Assembly (NCBI RefSeq): GCF_046119375.1
Contig: NW_027362773.1
Location: 211,048,001-211,112,000 of the forward strand
Source: Phyllobates terribilis
Taxonomy: Eukaryota
Length of the DNA: 64,000 nucleotides
Reading direction: 5' to 3'
In this document: piece after piece, positions 1 through 13,614 of the stretch
Position numbering within the stretch: position 1 is the first letter of the stretch
Layout: the number at the start of each line of letters is the position of its first letter
Program-made: the position numbers and the translations under genes
The notes under the pieces: generated by a model
Told to the model about the DNA's origin: nothing
The model's database searches: none
Seen by the model: only the letters and a program-made list of their open reading frames with translations

Positions 1-130
1 GGTCTGACCTCACAAATAGATGAATTGGCAAAAATTCTCACAGATGCCTCCAAATTCTTGTAGAGATCCTTCCCAGAAGAGCAGAAGCTGTGATATCTGC
101 AGAGGGGATGACTCCACATTAATATATATG
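1..130 (+). mobile_element. Degenerate Tc1 transposase C-terminal remnant
   Basis: Broken translation resembles the Tc1 C-terminus (SDLTN..DE.AKI.TD..Q.LVE.LPRR.EAVISA.G..TP). Same family as the remnant at 980-1560. Confidence 0.55.
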
Positions 131-979
131 GATGTAGGATGGGAGGCCAGAAAAGCTCCTGGAGGTGTAATGTTGAGGCGCTCCAATACTTTTCTCCATA
201 TAGTGTACCTTTTGTTGCGACATTTCATGCTTCGTGCTTTCTATAAATGATACCAATGTGCTTCTGATGACACCATTCCAAAATCTATCTTTGGTGTGAA
301 TTTTCTGATTTTCTAAAGTCTCTACATAATGGTTCAAAACTGTGGACAGGTTCATGTATCTTCTCCGAGGAAAAGAAGGTGATAAAAAGAGATAACCTTG
401 AGCTTGAGATCTAAAGTCTTGTACGAGAAGATCATTGTTGTGTCAACCAGTTCTTATCTGTTATCACATAGAGCTTATCTCCGTGTCTTTGTATCTATGT
501 ACCCTTGTACTTAAATAAGTTTAATTACCCCCAATTAACAGGATGAGATTTAGAATAAAAGTTGTGATCTTAATTGATGGCTTTAAAGAGCCAATAAGGT
601 TATAAGGTTTAAAGTTTAACCCTTTGATTACAGGAAACTTATCAATGTTAATCTTTTTTTTCTTCTCTGAATTGCGATGATATCGGCAGAAAATGTAGTT
701 TGGATTTAAATGCCCGATCCTTTTATTGTCTTCAGAGATAAGTTGCTGCCAGATGGAGCCTACAGATGAGGACTGAGGAGTTTGGGAGCAACTTTCTCTC
801 CTCTTCCCATGCAGAACACATGTATGCTCAGCTAAACCGAGCATTCATGTCTAAGAGATCTGTCAACTGAATGAACATTTAGCCAGTAGCTGGTATAATC
901 TGAGGTATCCTGAGACCACTTTATAGAGTGCTTGTCAACTCTCCCAAAACGTCTGAGAAGCTCCTAGAAAAAGCCCCGG

Positions 980-1560
980 CATCCAGATGCTTTCACAGGA
1001 GGTAGAATCGGGAAGTTAATAGCCGAGCAGCTGCATGTAGCCTTATATCACCAAGCACAATGCCGAGCGTCAGATGGAGTGTTGTGAAGCTGCCACCACT
1101 GGACTCTGGCTGCAACGTGTTCTGTGCAGTGATGGATCACACTTCTCTACTTGACGTCTTATGGAGGAGTCTGGATCTGGTGAATGCCAGATGTTACCCG
1201 CCTAACTGCATTGTGCCCACTGTACAGATGCTGGTGGAGGTGGAGGCTTATTATCAGGGGTCGGCGTTGGGCCCTTAGTTCTAGTAAAGAGAAATCTTAA
1301 TACTTCAGAACACAACATTGTGGACAATTGTAGCTTCCAGCTTTGTGAGAACAGTTTGGGGAAGACCCTTTTCAGTTCCCCATGACTGTGCCCAGTGCAC
1401 AAGGTCCATATAACATGATTGGGGGAGTTTGGTGGAAGAATATGACTGGCTGCACAGAGTCCGGACCTTAACCCCATCCAACACCTAGAACGGAGATTGT
1501 GAGTCCGACTTCTTCCCACGTCAGGGTCTAACCTCACCAATGCTCTTCTGGATCTTCCTC
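980..1560 (+). mobile_element. Degenerate Tc1-family transposase remnant
   Basis: Interrupted translation contains YITKHNA.R, CIVPTV, GPLVLVK.NLN and AQSPDLNPIQHL, which are Tc1 DDE-region motifs. Many stops and frameshifts; no TIRs found. Confidence 0.7.
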
Positions 1561-1806
1561 CAGAATTCATTCCTCTTGAGTATATGATTACATGTGATAA
1601 TGAATAAATACCGGGCTGGCTCTTAACCAATCATTTCCTGAGTTACTTATTAATTTCCTCTTGTATAAGACATATAAAGGCATCGTTTACATCGTCTTCT
1701 AATAATTTACCAGGTATATGGTCTAACTAAAGAGCCTAGATAAGATCCTGGATCATCAACTCCTACATTGAGGATCTTTACTCAAGGAATCACCTGGAAA
1801 AATATT

Positions 1807-4800
1807 ATGGGCACCAAATACACTATGGCGCTTTTTTGGTTATTTACTCTACTGGTCTGTGGGGTCAACTCAAACAGGGAAGAAGCCTTGAGGATAATGG
1901 AGAACACTCCCGTCATTGATGGGTAAGTGTCACCATAGGTTATAGGTAGCCCTGATGTAGCAGTGTTATTTCTATTTATAGCCTCTATGTTGCACTATTA
2001 ATTGCTGAATGAGTTAACTGAGATCCCGTCAGTAAGCCCACTATGAAGCTCTTACGGGACAGTTTTTAGATCTTTTGTCTTTTTCTGAGCTCTTCTCAGC
2101 TGATTTAAGACCACAGACCACATTGAAGTTGAATGTGGCAGAGAAATTTAAAGCTATAAAAGCAAAACGGTGCAAAATTTTTCATTAAACTGAATTGCAA
2201 AAATGTTTTTTTATCCCCAAATATATGAATTTGAGTAAAGAAAGAATTTTTTTCCCAAAGATCGATAATCCCTCTAATGATCAAAAGAAACACCTCCCCT
2301 TAAAGAGGTCCTCTGTTTTGAACAATCTTTTTACGCTAGGTTATTTTAACAATAAACTGATCATAAATTGTCTCCCTGAGGAGACCCCCAGCAATCAGTG
2401 TGAGGAAACCCAGTAGAACGTGTTATATTTCCCAGCAGCGCCACCCACAGGAGAAATTAAGCGTTTCAGTGGATTGTCTGTCCAGTGAAAGAGACACTTT
2501 GTAAGAACGCTGGACAAAAAAATTGGCATCCTGAACAGGGGACCCCCCCTCTATTAAAGGGGTTCTCCCCTACAATATTGCATTTTACTAATGGTCCCAT
2601 ATTGGTCTGAAAAGATAAAGTATATACTAATCTATCATATTCCCACTGCTCCTCTGCAATGCTGGCTGTGTCCCCCGCCGTTCTCTTTGCTTCCTCTTCT
2701 GGCGGTGGGTCCCATGTGACCACTGCAGCCAATCACTGGCCATTGATTGAGCTGGGAAACTCTTTTCTAAAGCTGACATGGGGACGTTACCGCTGCAGTC
2801 AATGACCGATTATCATATAGAAGAGGAAGCAAAGAGAATGGAGGGGAAAATATCCAGAGGTGTTGAGACATTGTAGGTTAGTATGTTATTTTTTTTCTTT
2901 TTCGACCATCATAAGCCCATTAGTAAGATACAATGTAGTAATAGAAAACCCCTTTAAATCTGAATTCCCTAATGGGGTGTATGGAAATGAGTTTTATAAA
3001 TGGGACGACCCATTTAATAATCAATCCCCTGTCTTCTCCATAGGCACAATGATCTGCCCTGGCAGATACTGAGTGCAGCCAATAACCAGCTGAGTAAGGT
3101 GGACCTTTTCACAGTGAATACTACTCACACCAACATCCCCAAACTACGAGAGGGAAAAGTTGGGGGACAGGTGAGTGTCTGGGAGCTACCAACTTTATAT
3201 AGGAAATCATCAAAATGTTTTTTTTCCCATTTGTATTATTACGGTAATTAATATGTAACATAAAACTTTTCTAAACTATTGGCAACAGCTTATTAAGTAA
3301 CCAAATCCTTCATTTCTTTGCCAATATCCAGTGACGCAACACAATCAATTCTGCTTATTCACTAGTACAATGGGAACGATTTATTACTGTATGCACATAT
3401 TAACTTAATTTTTGCACAATTTGGTGGAAATGTTCACATCTAGTTTTAGTCCGATGAATTATGTATTTGTTCTTTATTCAAAGGACTTATCTGTAATGGC
3501 TTAAAAGGCACCAACTTGCCACATTTATCCAATAAAGCAGACACCTGTATTTTGGCAAAACCTCTTGAAAAAAATCCATCTTGACAGCGCACATTTCTTG
3601 GCAGTCTGCTTTCAACCATTACAAACAAATGATGACAACTTTATTCTATGACTATATGTATCTTAAAGGAGTTTTTAAAAAATAAAATCCCAAAAAATAA
3701 GTCGTACTCACTCCAGAAATCCACTCCCTGCACCAGCGCTGCCACCTCAAAAGTGGATGAAAGTGGTGACGTCACGAACAAGCTGCGGCCAGTGATTGAC
3801 TGCAGGGTCAGGAAATTGGTGGCTGGTCGAGATGACTGTTGGAGTGGCAGCGCTGGACCGGGGAGCAGAATCCTGGAGTGACGATAGCTTCTTTTCTTTT
3901 TTTTGTCTAAATGGTTTCCTGCAGTTTTCTTCTTTTTTTTTAATTCTTAATGCAAAGTTTTATAAGATGCAAAGCTGCTCAAAGTAAAGAAAATCTAGAT
4001 TAGTAATCCTCACCTACACATCATTTTTATTATTCTTTTATCATGTACAGTATATTTGCTTGTATCGATTTTCACCCACAACATTATTTATACATAGTTC
4101 TGGGCCGCCTACGTCCCCTGCGATACTCAAGGCAAAGATGCTGTTAAAAGGACCTTGGAGCAGATAGACGTCATCCATCGGATGTGCCAAAAGTATCCCG
4201 ATGACTTCTCCTGTGTAATCACTGCAGAAGGTGAGGATCGATGGGTGGTGGATTACAGGGGAAGCCACAAGGGTATATGTCAAGTCAAGAAGCTCGAATA
4301 TGTATTCTGATGCAGCAGTATACATGGGCCAGCAATATTCTACAATAGGATTCAGGAAAAGTAGAACAAGGCAAAAATGAAGGCTGCAGCCAATCAATGG
4401 CTGCTAATTGGCTGCAGTAGTCACAGGTAGACATGAGCGGACCCGTGGAAGTTCGGGTTCTTTGGGCTCAGCCAAAATTTAGTCCAAAGTTTGGTTTGGG
4501 TACCAGAACTGTACCCGAACCCCATAGAAGTCAATGGGGGCTGCAAAAGTCTCTCTCTCTCTTTCATTCTCTCTTTCTCTTTCTTTTATTCTTTCTTTTC
4601 CTTTCTCTTACTCTCTTTCTCTTTCTCTCTTTCATTCACTCTCTTTCATTCCCTTTTTCTCTTTCTCTCTTTCATTCTTTCTTTTCCTTTCTCTTACACT
4701 CAGTCTCTTTCATTCTTTCTCTCTTTCATTCTTTCTCCCTCTCGTTCTCTTTCTCCCTCATTCTCTTTCTCTCTTTCATTCTCTCTCTTTCTCTCTCTCT

Positions 4801-7800
4801 TTCATTCTCTCTTTCATTCCTTTTCTCTTTCTCTCTTTCATTCTCTTTCTTTTTCTCTCTCATTCCTTCTTTTCCTTTCTCTTACTCTTTCTCTCTCTTT
4901 CATTCTTTCTCTCTTTTATTCTTTTTCTCTCTTTCTTTTGCTCTCTTTCTCTTTCATTCCTTTTCGGTTTCTCTTTCATTCACTTTCTCTTTCTCTCTTT
5001 CATTCTCTTTCTTTCTTTCATTCTCTTTCTTTCTATCTTTCTCTTTCTCTCTATTTCATGCTTTCTCACTTTCTCTCTCTTCGCCCGGACTTCTGAACAC
5101 TAAAACTGACTTCTGGGACACGTTCGGGTTCTCTCATCTCTAGTCACAGGACATTATTTTTATTATTTTTATTATGAGACCATTGGGGAACATAGAGCTG
5201 AGAGCAGAGGTGCTGCGTCAGTCCGGAACGTAAGTATAGCTTTTCTTTAATCTATGCAGCACCCAATGGTGGACAAGCCCTGTAAGAGGCACAGCTGTAG
5301 TTAATGCAGATAGGTGGCAAAGAGGTGTTGGGAAAGCTGCTAACACCTCTTGAATTCAGGATAGGGAGCCTCTTACAGATTTTTCATTTAGGCAGGCTGT
5401 TCCTCCGACCCACATATCTGTTCAAGCCCCCACAAGTTGTTGTATCCCTTATACAGGGATTGCTGAAGCTATACGTTTGAAGAGGGTGGCCAGTTTGATA
5501 GGCGTGGAGGGTGGACACTCCATCGACAGCAGCTTAGGAGTACTGCGGACCTTTTACCATCTCGGGGTGCGATATATGACCTTGACTCACAGCTGTAACG
5601 TCCCATGGTAAGATCCGTAACCACAGTTGTAATGATATGATTATGCTTTTATTTGCACGTACTTCCAACATGGGGGCATCAGATAACATACTCCAAAATC
5701 ATCATATTGGACAACTGGTGATGAGAATAATGATGGGATTATACCTCTGACCTACCAAATCCTATGTGGGGATCAGAGGCAACGGCAAAGCTGTAAGGGG
5801 TACAAATGTCAAAGATCTACCAAAGGCTCTGGTAGTCAAAGACTCAAAGGGAGTCAATAGCAATGGCACCAGTTAGGGAGCATTAAAGGGATTTTCCCAC
5901 AAACAAAGTACATTTTAATTAATAGATCTTGGAATGAAAATAACTTCCACAATTGGATGTGTTAAGAAAAAATGTTCCTGTGCTGAGATAATCTTAGAAA
6001 TGTGCCCCTGCTGTGTACTGTGTAATGGCTGTGTCTGACCGTACAGGAACATGGTCCGATCGTACCACAGCTCCTGGGCAGGGGAGGACGCAAAAGAGTA
6101 TACAGACATTACAGCACGGGATCACAGCTGATTCTTTTTGTGAGGCAAAACATTTCACTGCTTGTTTTTAAGCAACATTTTACGTCAAACGGAGAATCAT
6201 TTGTGATCCAGTGCTGTAATGCTCAGGAGAAGTGGTATGATCAGAACCATGTTCCTGTACAGTCAGACACAGCCATTACACAGTACACAGCAGGGGCACA
6301 TTTATAAGATTATCTCAGCACAGGAACAATTTTTTTAAACACATCCAATTGTGGTACTTATTATCATTCAAAGATCTATTGATTAAAACATTGATTAAAA
6401 TGAACTTTGTTCTTGGGAAAACCCCAAATCCAGATAACTTGAAGCTCTTGGACCCTGTTCATGGAATCACAGATATTAAATATGCTTTCTTACAGATTAT
6501 ATCTCTTGGTTTCTTAACAGGGTGGATAACTGGCTGGTGGATACAAAGAAAGATCCAGCTAAAAGCAACGGCTTGTCTGAATTTGGAAAGGTGAGTATGC
6601 AAATGAGCTCTCCACCAGAAGGGAGGAAACTGTCTCTCTAATGCCACCGATCAGTCAATGTCAATGAGCCTCGAAACATGACTAGTGTCACCCATCCAAA
6701 AGAGATACAAATATTGGGGTTCATATCCTGAGGAATATCGGTGACTTTAGTTTATATTTGGTTCTATTACTTTTGGGATTTTTTATAACTAATAAATATT
6801 ATTACTGCTGTGTCATTAAAATTACCCAAACTATGGAAATTTTCAAAATCTTGACATTAATGGCGCTATATAAGTGAGTAAAATAAATAAATCAATAAAT
6901 AAATACATTTTCTCTGTATAAACAAGTTAAAATGAATTTGGTTGAATATACCGTATACCCCCCAACGATGCTGAGAACTGTTCCACAAGTTGTCACTTAT
7001 GGTTTGGATAGGTGAGAGCTTTTAATTTTGATAATAAACCTTTTAAAGGCATAAAGACCTCTTTACCTGTCAGGCAAGGTGTGGGAAAGACTAAGTGCAA
7101 CATGAAGGGAAGAGGGGAAGGGAGTCCACACACTTGGGAAAGGGGGTGGAGACCCCTAGACAAATCTAATGTCACCCTGACTCCCTTATCGTTCCTATAT
7201 TGGTTCCTCACCAGTCGCTGCACAGGAACAAAAACCCTGTATTTCCCTAGAGCTTGGCCCTGGATCGGGAAGGAGGGGGATGAGCACTAGTCAGTCCACA
7301 CTAACAACTGAAAACAACAAGGGAGACAAACACAGGGGGAAACAACTTAGCTTGAGCCAACTTCAGAGACATTACACCACATGTCCTCCTAACACCCGAG
7401 AGGAAGGAAACAGACAGCAATACCTCCAAGCCTTCACAAGGGAACATGTGAATATCACCAGCCCCTCCCTGTAGCAAACAGCAAGTATTTAAACACCCAT
7501 GCCTGGGTGTCAATTAGCAGGAGGGAGGTAGCCGCTGGGTCCTAGAGTGAGACAGATCTAAGAAGGTGTCTGTAATGCCAAAGAGATCTTCTGCAACCAA
7601 CTGCAGGGCGATTGTCTGTCACATCTGACACATCCATGACATTACCTGAGTAGGTTCAGATTCTCCATGAAGAAGTTTAGTGGAGCTAACTCAAGACTGA
7701 GGTTATGGCTTTCAGGACATGCTGGGAGTTGTAGTCTTAAAACAACTGAAGAAAATCAGATTGCTATAGAGCAATTTCCTTTACTTTGCTTTGACATTCC

Positions 7801-10800
7801 GACCCTCTCTGATCACCCAACCTTGGAGAAGTGATGACAAAGTTTCCTAAATCCATTAAAACCTTTAAATGCAGATACCTGAGCCTTTCCAAGACACATC
7901 AAACACTTTTGCAGATTTTTATTCTAACAATGTGTAATTATGCGTTCTGGAACAAATAATATGTTTCATACTTGGTTTACAATACGCTTCATTGATGCCC
8001 CAGGCTTGCCACACTTCATCCATATTTGCCCACCCTGACTTTTTCCATGACCTCAGAGTCCCGACTGCTCATTTAAGTCAAGAACCACCCTGAAAAATCT
8101 GTAAATCATTAAATATTGGAGGGATATGAACTTTTCCAGGCAGTCGGATGACTTTTTTTAGGATGTCAGAGAGGGAAATTTAGCTAATAAAATGACCCAA
8201 TACATAGTGATAATAATGTATAAAGTCATCTACTGATGTTTGGATGGCTCTTGACTTTGGACGCTGCCAGATTTGGTCCGGCTTTGTACCTGTTGCAGAA
8301 CTACAACTCTCAGGATCCAATGTCAGCCATCAGCTGTAAGCACAAGTTCTAATTTCACAGTAGCTAGACCTTAAAGGGTTATTACCAAAATCTGAAATTT
8401 ACCCCTATCTTTTGGGATTACGCAGCAGTCGGCAATTTCTGGCAGTCCCATAGACAATGAATGAATGGAGTGGAGGTCGAGCATGCGCACCTCCGCTCTA
8501 TTCGAGTTGCAAAGTCCCTTTCTCGAAATCATTGGGGTTCCTAGTGGTCAGACACCCAGTTATCCTCATACAGGATTTGTCAGGAAGGGTCATGTCTCTG
8601 CAACCATTCCACATCTGGACTTACTATCTTAACACAGAATGTTGTCTTGGAGATGAATCGCCTTGGAATGATTGTGGATTTAGCTCATGTTTCGGAAAAG
8701 ACGATGAGAGATGCGCTACAAGTCTCTCTGGCCCCTGTCATATTCAGTCACTCATCTGCATTCCATCTATGCAATCATGCCAGGAACGTGAAAGATGACG
8801 TTCTCAGAATTGTGGTAAGTGAGAAAAATCAGAAATCTTGTATAAATAGAATAAGACTGAAGGATAAAATCCACTCTCCCCTTTCTAGAGTCTTCCATTC
8901 ACTGTGTAACAATTGCTTATCTTGACTCAGGCAGCACAATAGACTTCTTCTGTCATTAAACCTCTATCTATTAGTAATAATGAGGTGGAGAAATGAAGAT
9001 GATCTCTGCTTATTATTCTAAAGTATAACTTGCTTTCCAGATTTCCAAAATCTGCAATATCTTTATCATTACAATATAAAAATATACACCGCTTTGGAGG
9101 AATATTCTCTCCAATAGTCACATAAGAAAGGCACGATGGGCAGAGTTTTCCTTTTTGGAGGCAGGGTCGAATAAAGTATTCTGACATTAGGACAGTGTCC
9201 TAGGGTCAACTGCCAGAAGTGTTTTGTAGCCCATCAAACCAGAGACCATTAATCTTATAGGTTCAGGTGACTTTACACTATAAGCAGTCGCTTATTACGA
9301 CACTATTTATGACCATTATATGCCTTATATTCTGTCTTTATCACCGGTTTTTCACTGTGTAGTCTCTAACTCTAATTTTCAGTTGTCTCTGAGCTAGTGG
9401 GTGGAAACTAGCTGCTAAGATGTCTCCTATACACAGCACAAATGGACATGAGAGATACTGACTCTCCTGCCTGTGTCTATGTAGCACATGTTCAGAAGCA
9501 GCAACAGCAGCATGGAGGACATTATTCAGGAGTACTGAGCAGTGTAGCTGGGACTCCTTACTTGGAGTCACTAGAATATTGCAGCACAGCTGCAGGTCTA
9601 TCTGCCTGTTCTCTCTGCTCTTCCCTTCTCCTCCATAGACTTCAATGGGTGGCTGTAATCTGACCTCTCAGTAAACTGTCAGTTTGTCTTTATTTTATTT
9701 TTTTTACCAAGATGGATTTTAGCTGCTCTTCAGAGTGGATGATGAGTTGAGGAGGCAGGAGGGAGAGAAGAAGTGGCTCATAAGTGGAGACTGAAGCATT
9801 TTTTTCTGATAAGATATATTACAAAGTTTCTAATAATCATTTGTACTATTCATTTATGCAAAGTTAGTTGAAGCGACCAGCACTATAACACTACGAAAAA
9901 ATAAATTGAAGTGCTCGTGGCCATCCTGCTACCCGCTTTAACCTGGGGTGCCAAGGGGCTGCCATGGCATTACTCTTTCCCCCATCCAAAAATAAATAAA
10001 GTGAAAAAAAATAATAATAATTTTAACCTCTAAAATATAAATAAATCCATACAAATTTGGTATCACCATAATTCTACCAACCGGGACAATCATCTTGCCA
10101 TAAAATCAAAAACGATGGCAGAAATAATTTTTTTACTTTACCATAGTTGGAATATTTTTCCGTTTTTTTTTCAGTCCTTTATATAGTAAAATGAATGTGA
10201 AATTCAACACTACAACTCGTACCGCAAACAAATAAAATCCATAATAGGGCTATGTCGACAGAAAGATAATAAGAAAGTTCTGGTTCTTGGATAAAGAGGA
10301 GGAAAAAACGGAAGCGGAAAATGCAAAATTGGACGCAGCCGGAAAGGGGTTAGATTGAAAAGATGCCATGATATAACAGAAACATCACAAAACCTCCTGA
10401 CAACATTTATTTCTCAATACAGAAAGAAAAGAAGGGTCTGGTGATGGTGAACTTCTTTAATGACTATGTCACATGCAATGCAGCTGCCAATCTGTCCAAC
10501 GTGGCTGGTAAGTAGTGATCCGGATTACATATTCGGTTTCCTATAGACTATTAACCTAGTAATGGGTGAAATTTTAATTTTACATTGATGTTTATCTTTC
10601 CACTAGATCATTTTGATCACATTAAAAAAATTGCTGGATATGAATCTGTTGGATTTGGAGGTGATTATGATGGAGTCCCCAGGTAAGCTGGTGAAAAGCT
10701 TCGCCTAGACATAAATAACATAATTCTAGCTTCCTGCAGCCACCACTAGAGGGAGCACACTGCATGCACTCTATATAGCAATATCAGTATGCACTAAACT

Positions 10801-12358
10801 CCCCCTAGTGGCTGTTGACAGGATTAAATCAGGAAATATATATTTTTTTTGAGATTTAGAGTGTGTGGGACATTGCAGGTCATTTTATATTTATGCAAAA
10901 AATGGCCTCTGATTTTATCACTATGCAAAACGATAATCAATTAAAATAACACATTAGATCAGTGACAGACAGCAGACCCTGGAATATACTGATTTATCCT
11001 AATTATTTGTAATGCGGATCATCAGATCATTACCGTCTCTTTGGGATTTATGTCACATTTTATAATATTAATTGTTTAAAATAAAAATGATTTTTTTTTA
11101 ACCTGTATTTTTTAGGAAAAGTAGGGGGGCTGTACCTATTATTGTAGTCTTTCCGTATTTAAAGGCTTCCAATCTTTTATTTAGTATCCCCCCACTGATC
11201 AATCAAAAAGAAAAAACACTGCAGCTTAGGCAGAAGTGCTGCGCTCCTGCCTGAGCGCCCACAGATGGGTATATGGGCTCTTTAATAAAGTCTGTGGGGC
11301 TTATAGGATTTCTACTGATCTTATACACCATTCTGTGGGCTAGTTTAGTGGTCTGAGGACCTGATCACCCATTGACCTGCTGCGCATGTTAGATAGTGAG
11401 TTAAACGAGTTTTGCATTTTTGGAGACTTTTTTTTTATTTAAATGCATGTATTTAGAGCTAAAAATACATTTTGCAGTTGGGTTTCAATAAATATGTTGC
11501 ACGGTTTGCTTCTATATCCTCTGTGTTATGCTGACTATCGCTGGCTGCAGAACGAGCTACCTTAGAATCCATCAGCGAGCTCATTCTGACATGATAGGAG
11601 AGCACCTAACCCTTTTATCCCTCTTTTTCTGAGCTCCTCTCAGCTGATTTATGGCCACAGATTACATCAAAGTTCAATGCAGATTAAAGAAAAAGAGCCT
11701 GTAATACCAAACGGTGCAACATTTTTAATGCAAAAATTATTTTTAACCCAAAATACATAAAAAAAAAATGTACCAAAGAATGGACAACCCAAATTAAATA
11801 AAAAATAAAATGATAGGTACTAGAGGCGCAAGTTGAGCCTTGCAAAATTTTCAACACGACCCCCAACTATCAGGTATTTAATAGTTATGGTCTTTTTATA
11901 TAGAGCAAAGGGATCTTTTGGGCCCCCGTAGTTAATGGGATCTGTGTGCATTATCTTATTATCTTAGGGTACCGGATGGTCTGAAAGATGTATCCAAGTA
12001 CCCGGACCTTGTGGCGGAGCTGCTCCGGAGAGGATGGACGCAGGCTGAGCTCGCGGCAGCCCTGACTAACAACCTCATCCGCGTCTTTAATGAAGTGGAG
12101 CAGGTGAGCTCCGGCACGGATATAATGGCAGCCAATGGGTGGAAACGTGCCCTAAATATAATGTCTTCTCTTTCTTCCTAGACAAGTATCACCATGAACT
12201 CTGCACAGCCCAAGGATGAACCCATAGCTTACAAGGAGATTAAGGATGACTGTCGTACCAGCTATGGCTATGATACATCCACCGGTAACGCCGTCCTTCC
12301 ACATGTCGGCAAAGGGCTTCTTCTTCTCGTGTGTCTTTTTTATCCTTTGTACCTTTGA
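1807..12358 (+). CDS. dpep1: Dipeptidase 1 (GPI-anchored zinc membrane dipeptidase), 415 aa
   Basis: Ten GT-AG exons join in frame: 1807-1922, 3044-3170, 4098-4230, 5457-5607, 6521-6590, 8638-8814, 10423-10507, 10607-10682, 11968-12103, 12182-12358 (1248 bp). Protein has a signal peptide, [48 protein letters not shown] and a hydrophobic GPI-type tail. A second in-frame ATG lies at 1825. Adjacent to chmp1a as in human. Confidence 0.96.
2558..2953. mobile_element. Palindromic MITE with TTAA target duplication (T2/Kolobok-like)
   Basis: TTAA|AGGGGTTCTC...GAAAACCCCT|TTAA termini. Internal inverted repeat between about 2671-2700 and 2820-2846. Confidence 0.7.
4428..5142. mobile_element. Non-autonomous hAT-type element with CT-rich low-complexity core
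   Basis: Imperfect TIRs TAGACATGAGCGGACCCG / CGGGTTCTCTCATCTCTA. Exact 8-bp TSD GTCACAGG at 4420-4427 and 5143-5150. Core at about 4549-5081 is TCTTTC-type low complexity. Confidence 0.8.
5887..6425. mobile_element. Long palindromic MITE in dpep1 intron 4
   Basis: Starts TTAA|AGGGATTTTCCC and ends GGGAAAACCCC. Arms at about 5970-6060 and 6245-6330 are near-perfect reverse complements. The right TTAA is not preserved. Confidence 0.65.
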
Positions 12359-13375
12359 AGCCTACAACCACCCTCAAATCCCCATTACATTTAGTGGGGC
12401 ACGTGTGCAAATAGCGGCTGCAGCATGGGCACATTTATTGGTGGTGGCAAAAAAAATACACTAGTCTTTTATAAGGTATTGAATGCACAATACAACCGCC
12501 ACACCCTTATATTCCCAGGACCATGCACTTTGCGACATGTGCTAGGTTGTGACTTTACACTGATTTTTGGGTTATCAGTTATTTAATGACAAATTATGGA
12601 GTCATATCCACTCCCCCATTATATAAAATAGATATTTTTTGTATAAAAACGTTTTTGTCAGCAATTTTTTCTACGAGAGTAACTATGTATCATTGACAAA
12701 AATATGGCTGCTATAAGGGTTTTGGAGTGTGGACCCCCTATTTGGCACAATTCCCTTTCTCTCCTGAATTGGATCTATGTATCTGTGGTCCAATTAAAGA
12801 CCCCATATACATTGGAGGAAGCTGCTGACTACAACAGGATCGGACATCCATGTAGAGCATCGGGAAGAGAAGGATCAGAAAGGTGGAAAAAAGTATTCCG
12901 GAAAACTTATTATATAAAGTAGAACTTTTACAAAACTGAGCTGTGACATCGGATGCGGATAGAAAAGGAGACTGTGCAGCACGACCCGAGGCAGAAAAGA
13001 GCCATAAATATAAAATAGGCACAATCTTTATTAATTTATATTATTATAGATTCAGAAATAGAAGTCACACATGAGAAAGGCGTCATCTTCAGGGAGAATA
13101 TATAACATACCCATAGGTACAGGGCCATCTCGGCGGTATCTATGGGTATGTTATTTCTACTGACTTTTGTCTGATGACCCCTCTAGTAATATCTTGTCCA
13201 TTATCTTATATGTCTAGAAAGATCTGTGCAGACTTGCACTTTATTATATATTAGTAATCTATATATATTGTATTAGGCATTATTTTTTTACTGCCTCTTT
13301 GTTACTCACCCGTAAGATGCTTCCTTTCCTATGTTTGACTCATTCTATTTTTATGAATTTTTGATATTATGAATT

Positions 13376-13555
13376 AATAAAGATGATTACTATTTGATAT
13401 TATTTGTGACAATGTCTGTCATTCCATAATAAATTTGTCCAGAGTCCCATAGCCATGTTGGCGATGTAGTCAAGTCTACAGGGGTATTCAATAAAAGGAC
13501 GTAGGATTTATTGATTACTCACGCTATGTATATATAATAGTTTTTATGCAATAAA
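13376..13555 (+). terminator. Cluster of AATAAA polyadenylation signals, candidate dpep1 3' end
   Basis: AATAAA at 13376, 13428, 13490 and 13550, about 1.0-1.2 kb after the dpep1 stop. Which one is used is unknown. Confidence 0.45.
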
Positions 13556-13614
13556 TAACAGCATGCATATATACAAACTAAAAACATACATAAAAAAAAT
13601 TATATTTATATATA

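Noticed and set aside
4433-5143. Three overlapping 189-236-aa ORFs rich in S/L/F
   Set aside because: They are translations of the CT-rich low-complexity tract inside a hAT MITE in a dpep1 intron, not genes.
6991-7630. Possible solo LTR (TGTCA...TGACA) in dpep1 intron 5
   Set aside because: No matching target-site duplication at any boundary I tried and no second copy in the window.
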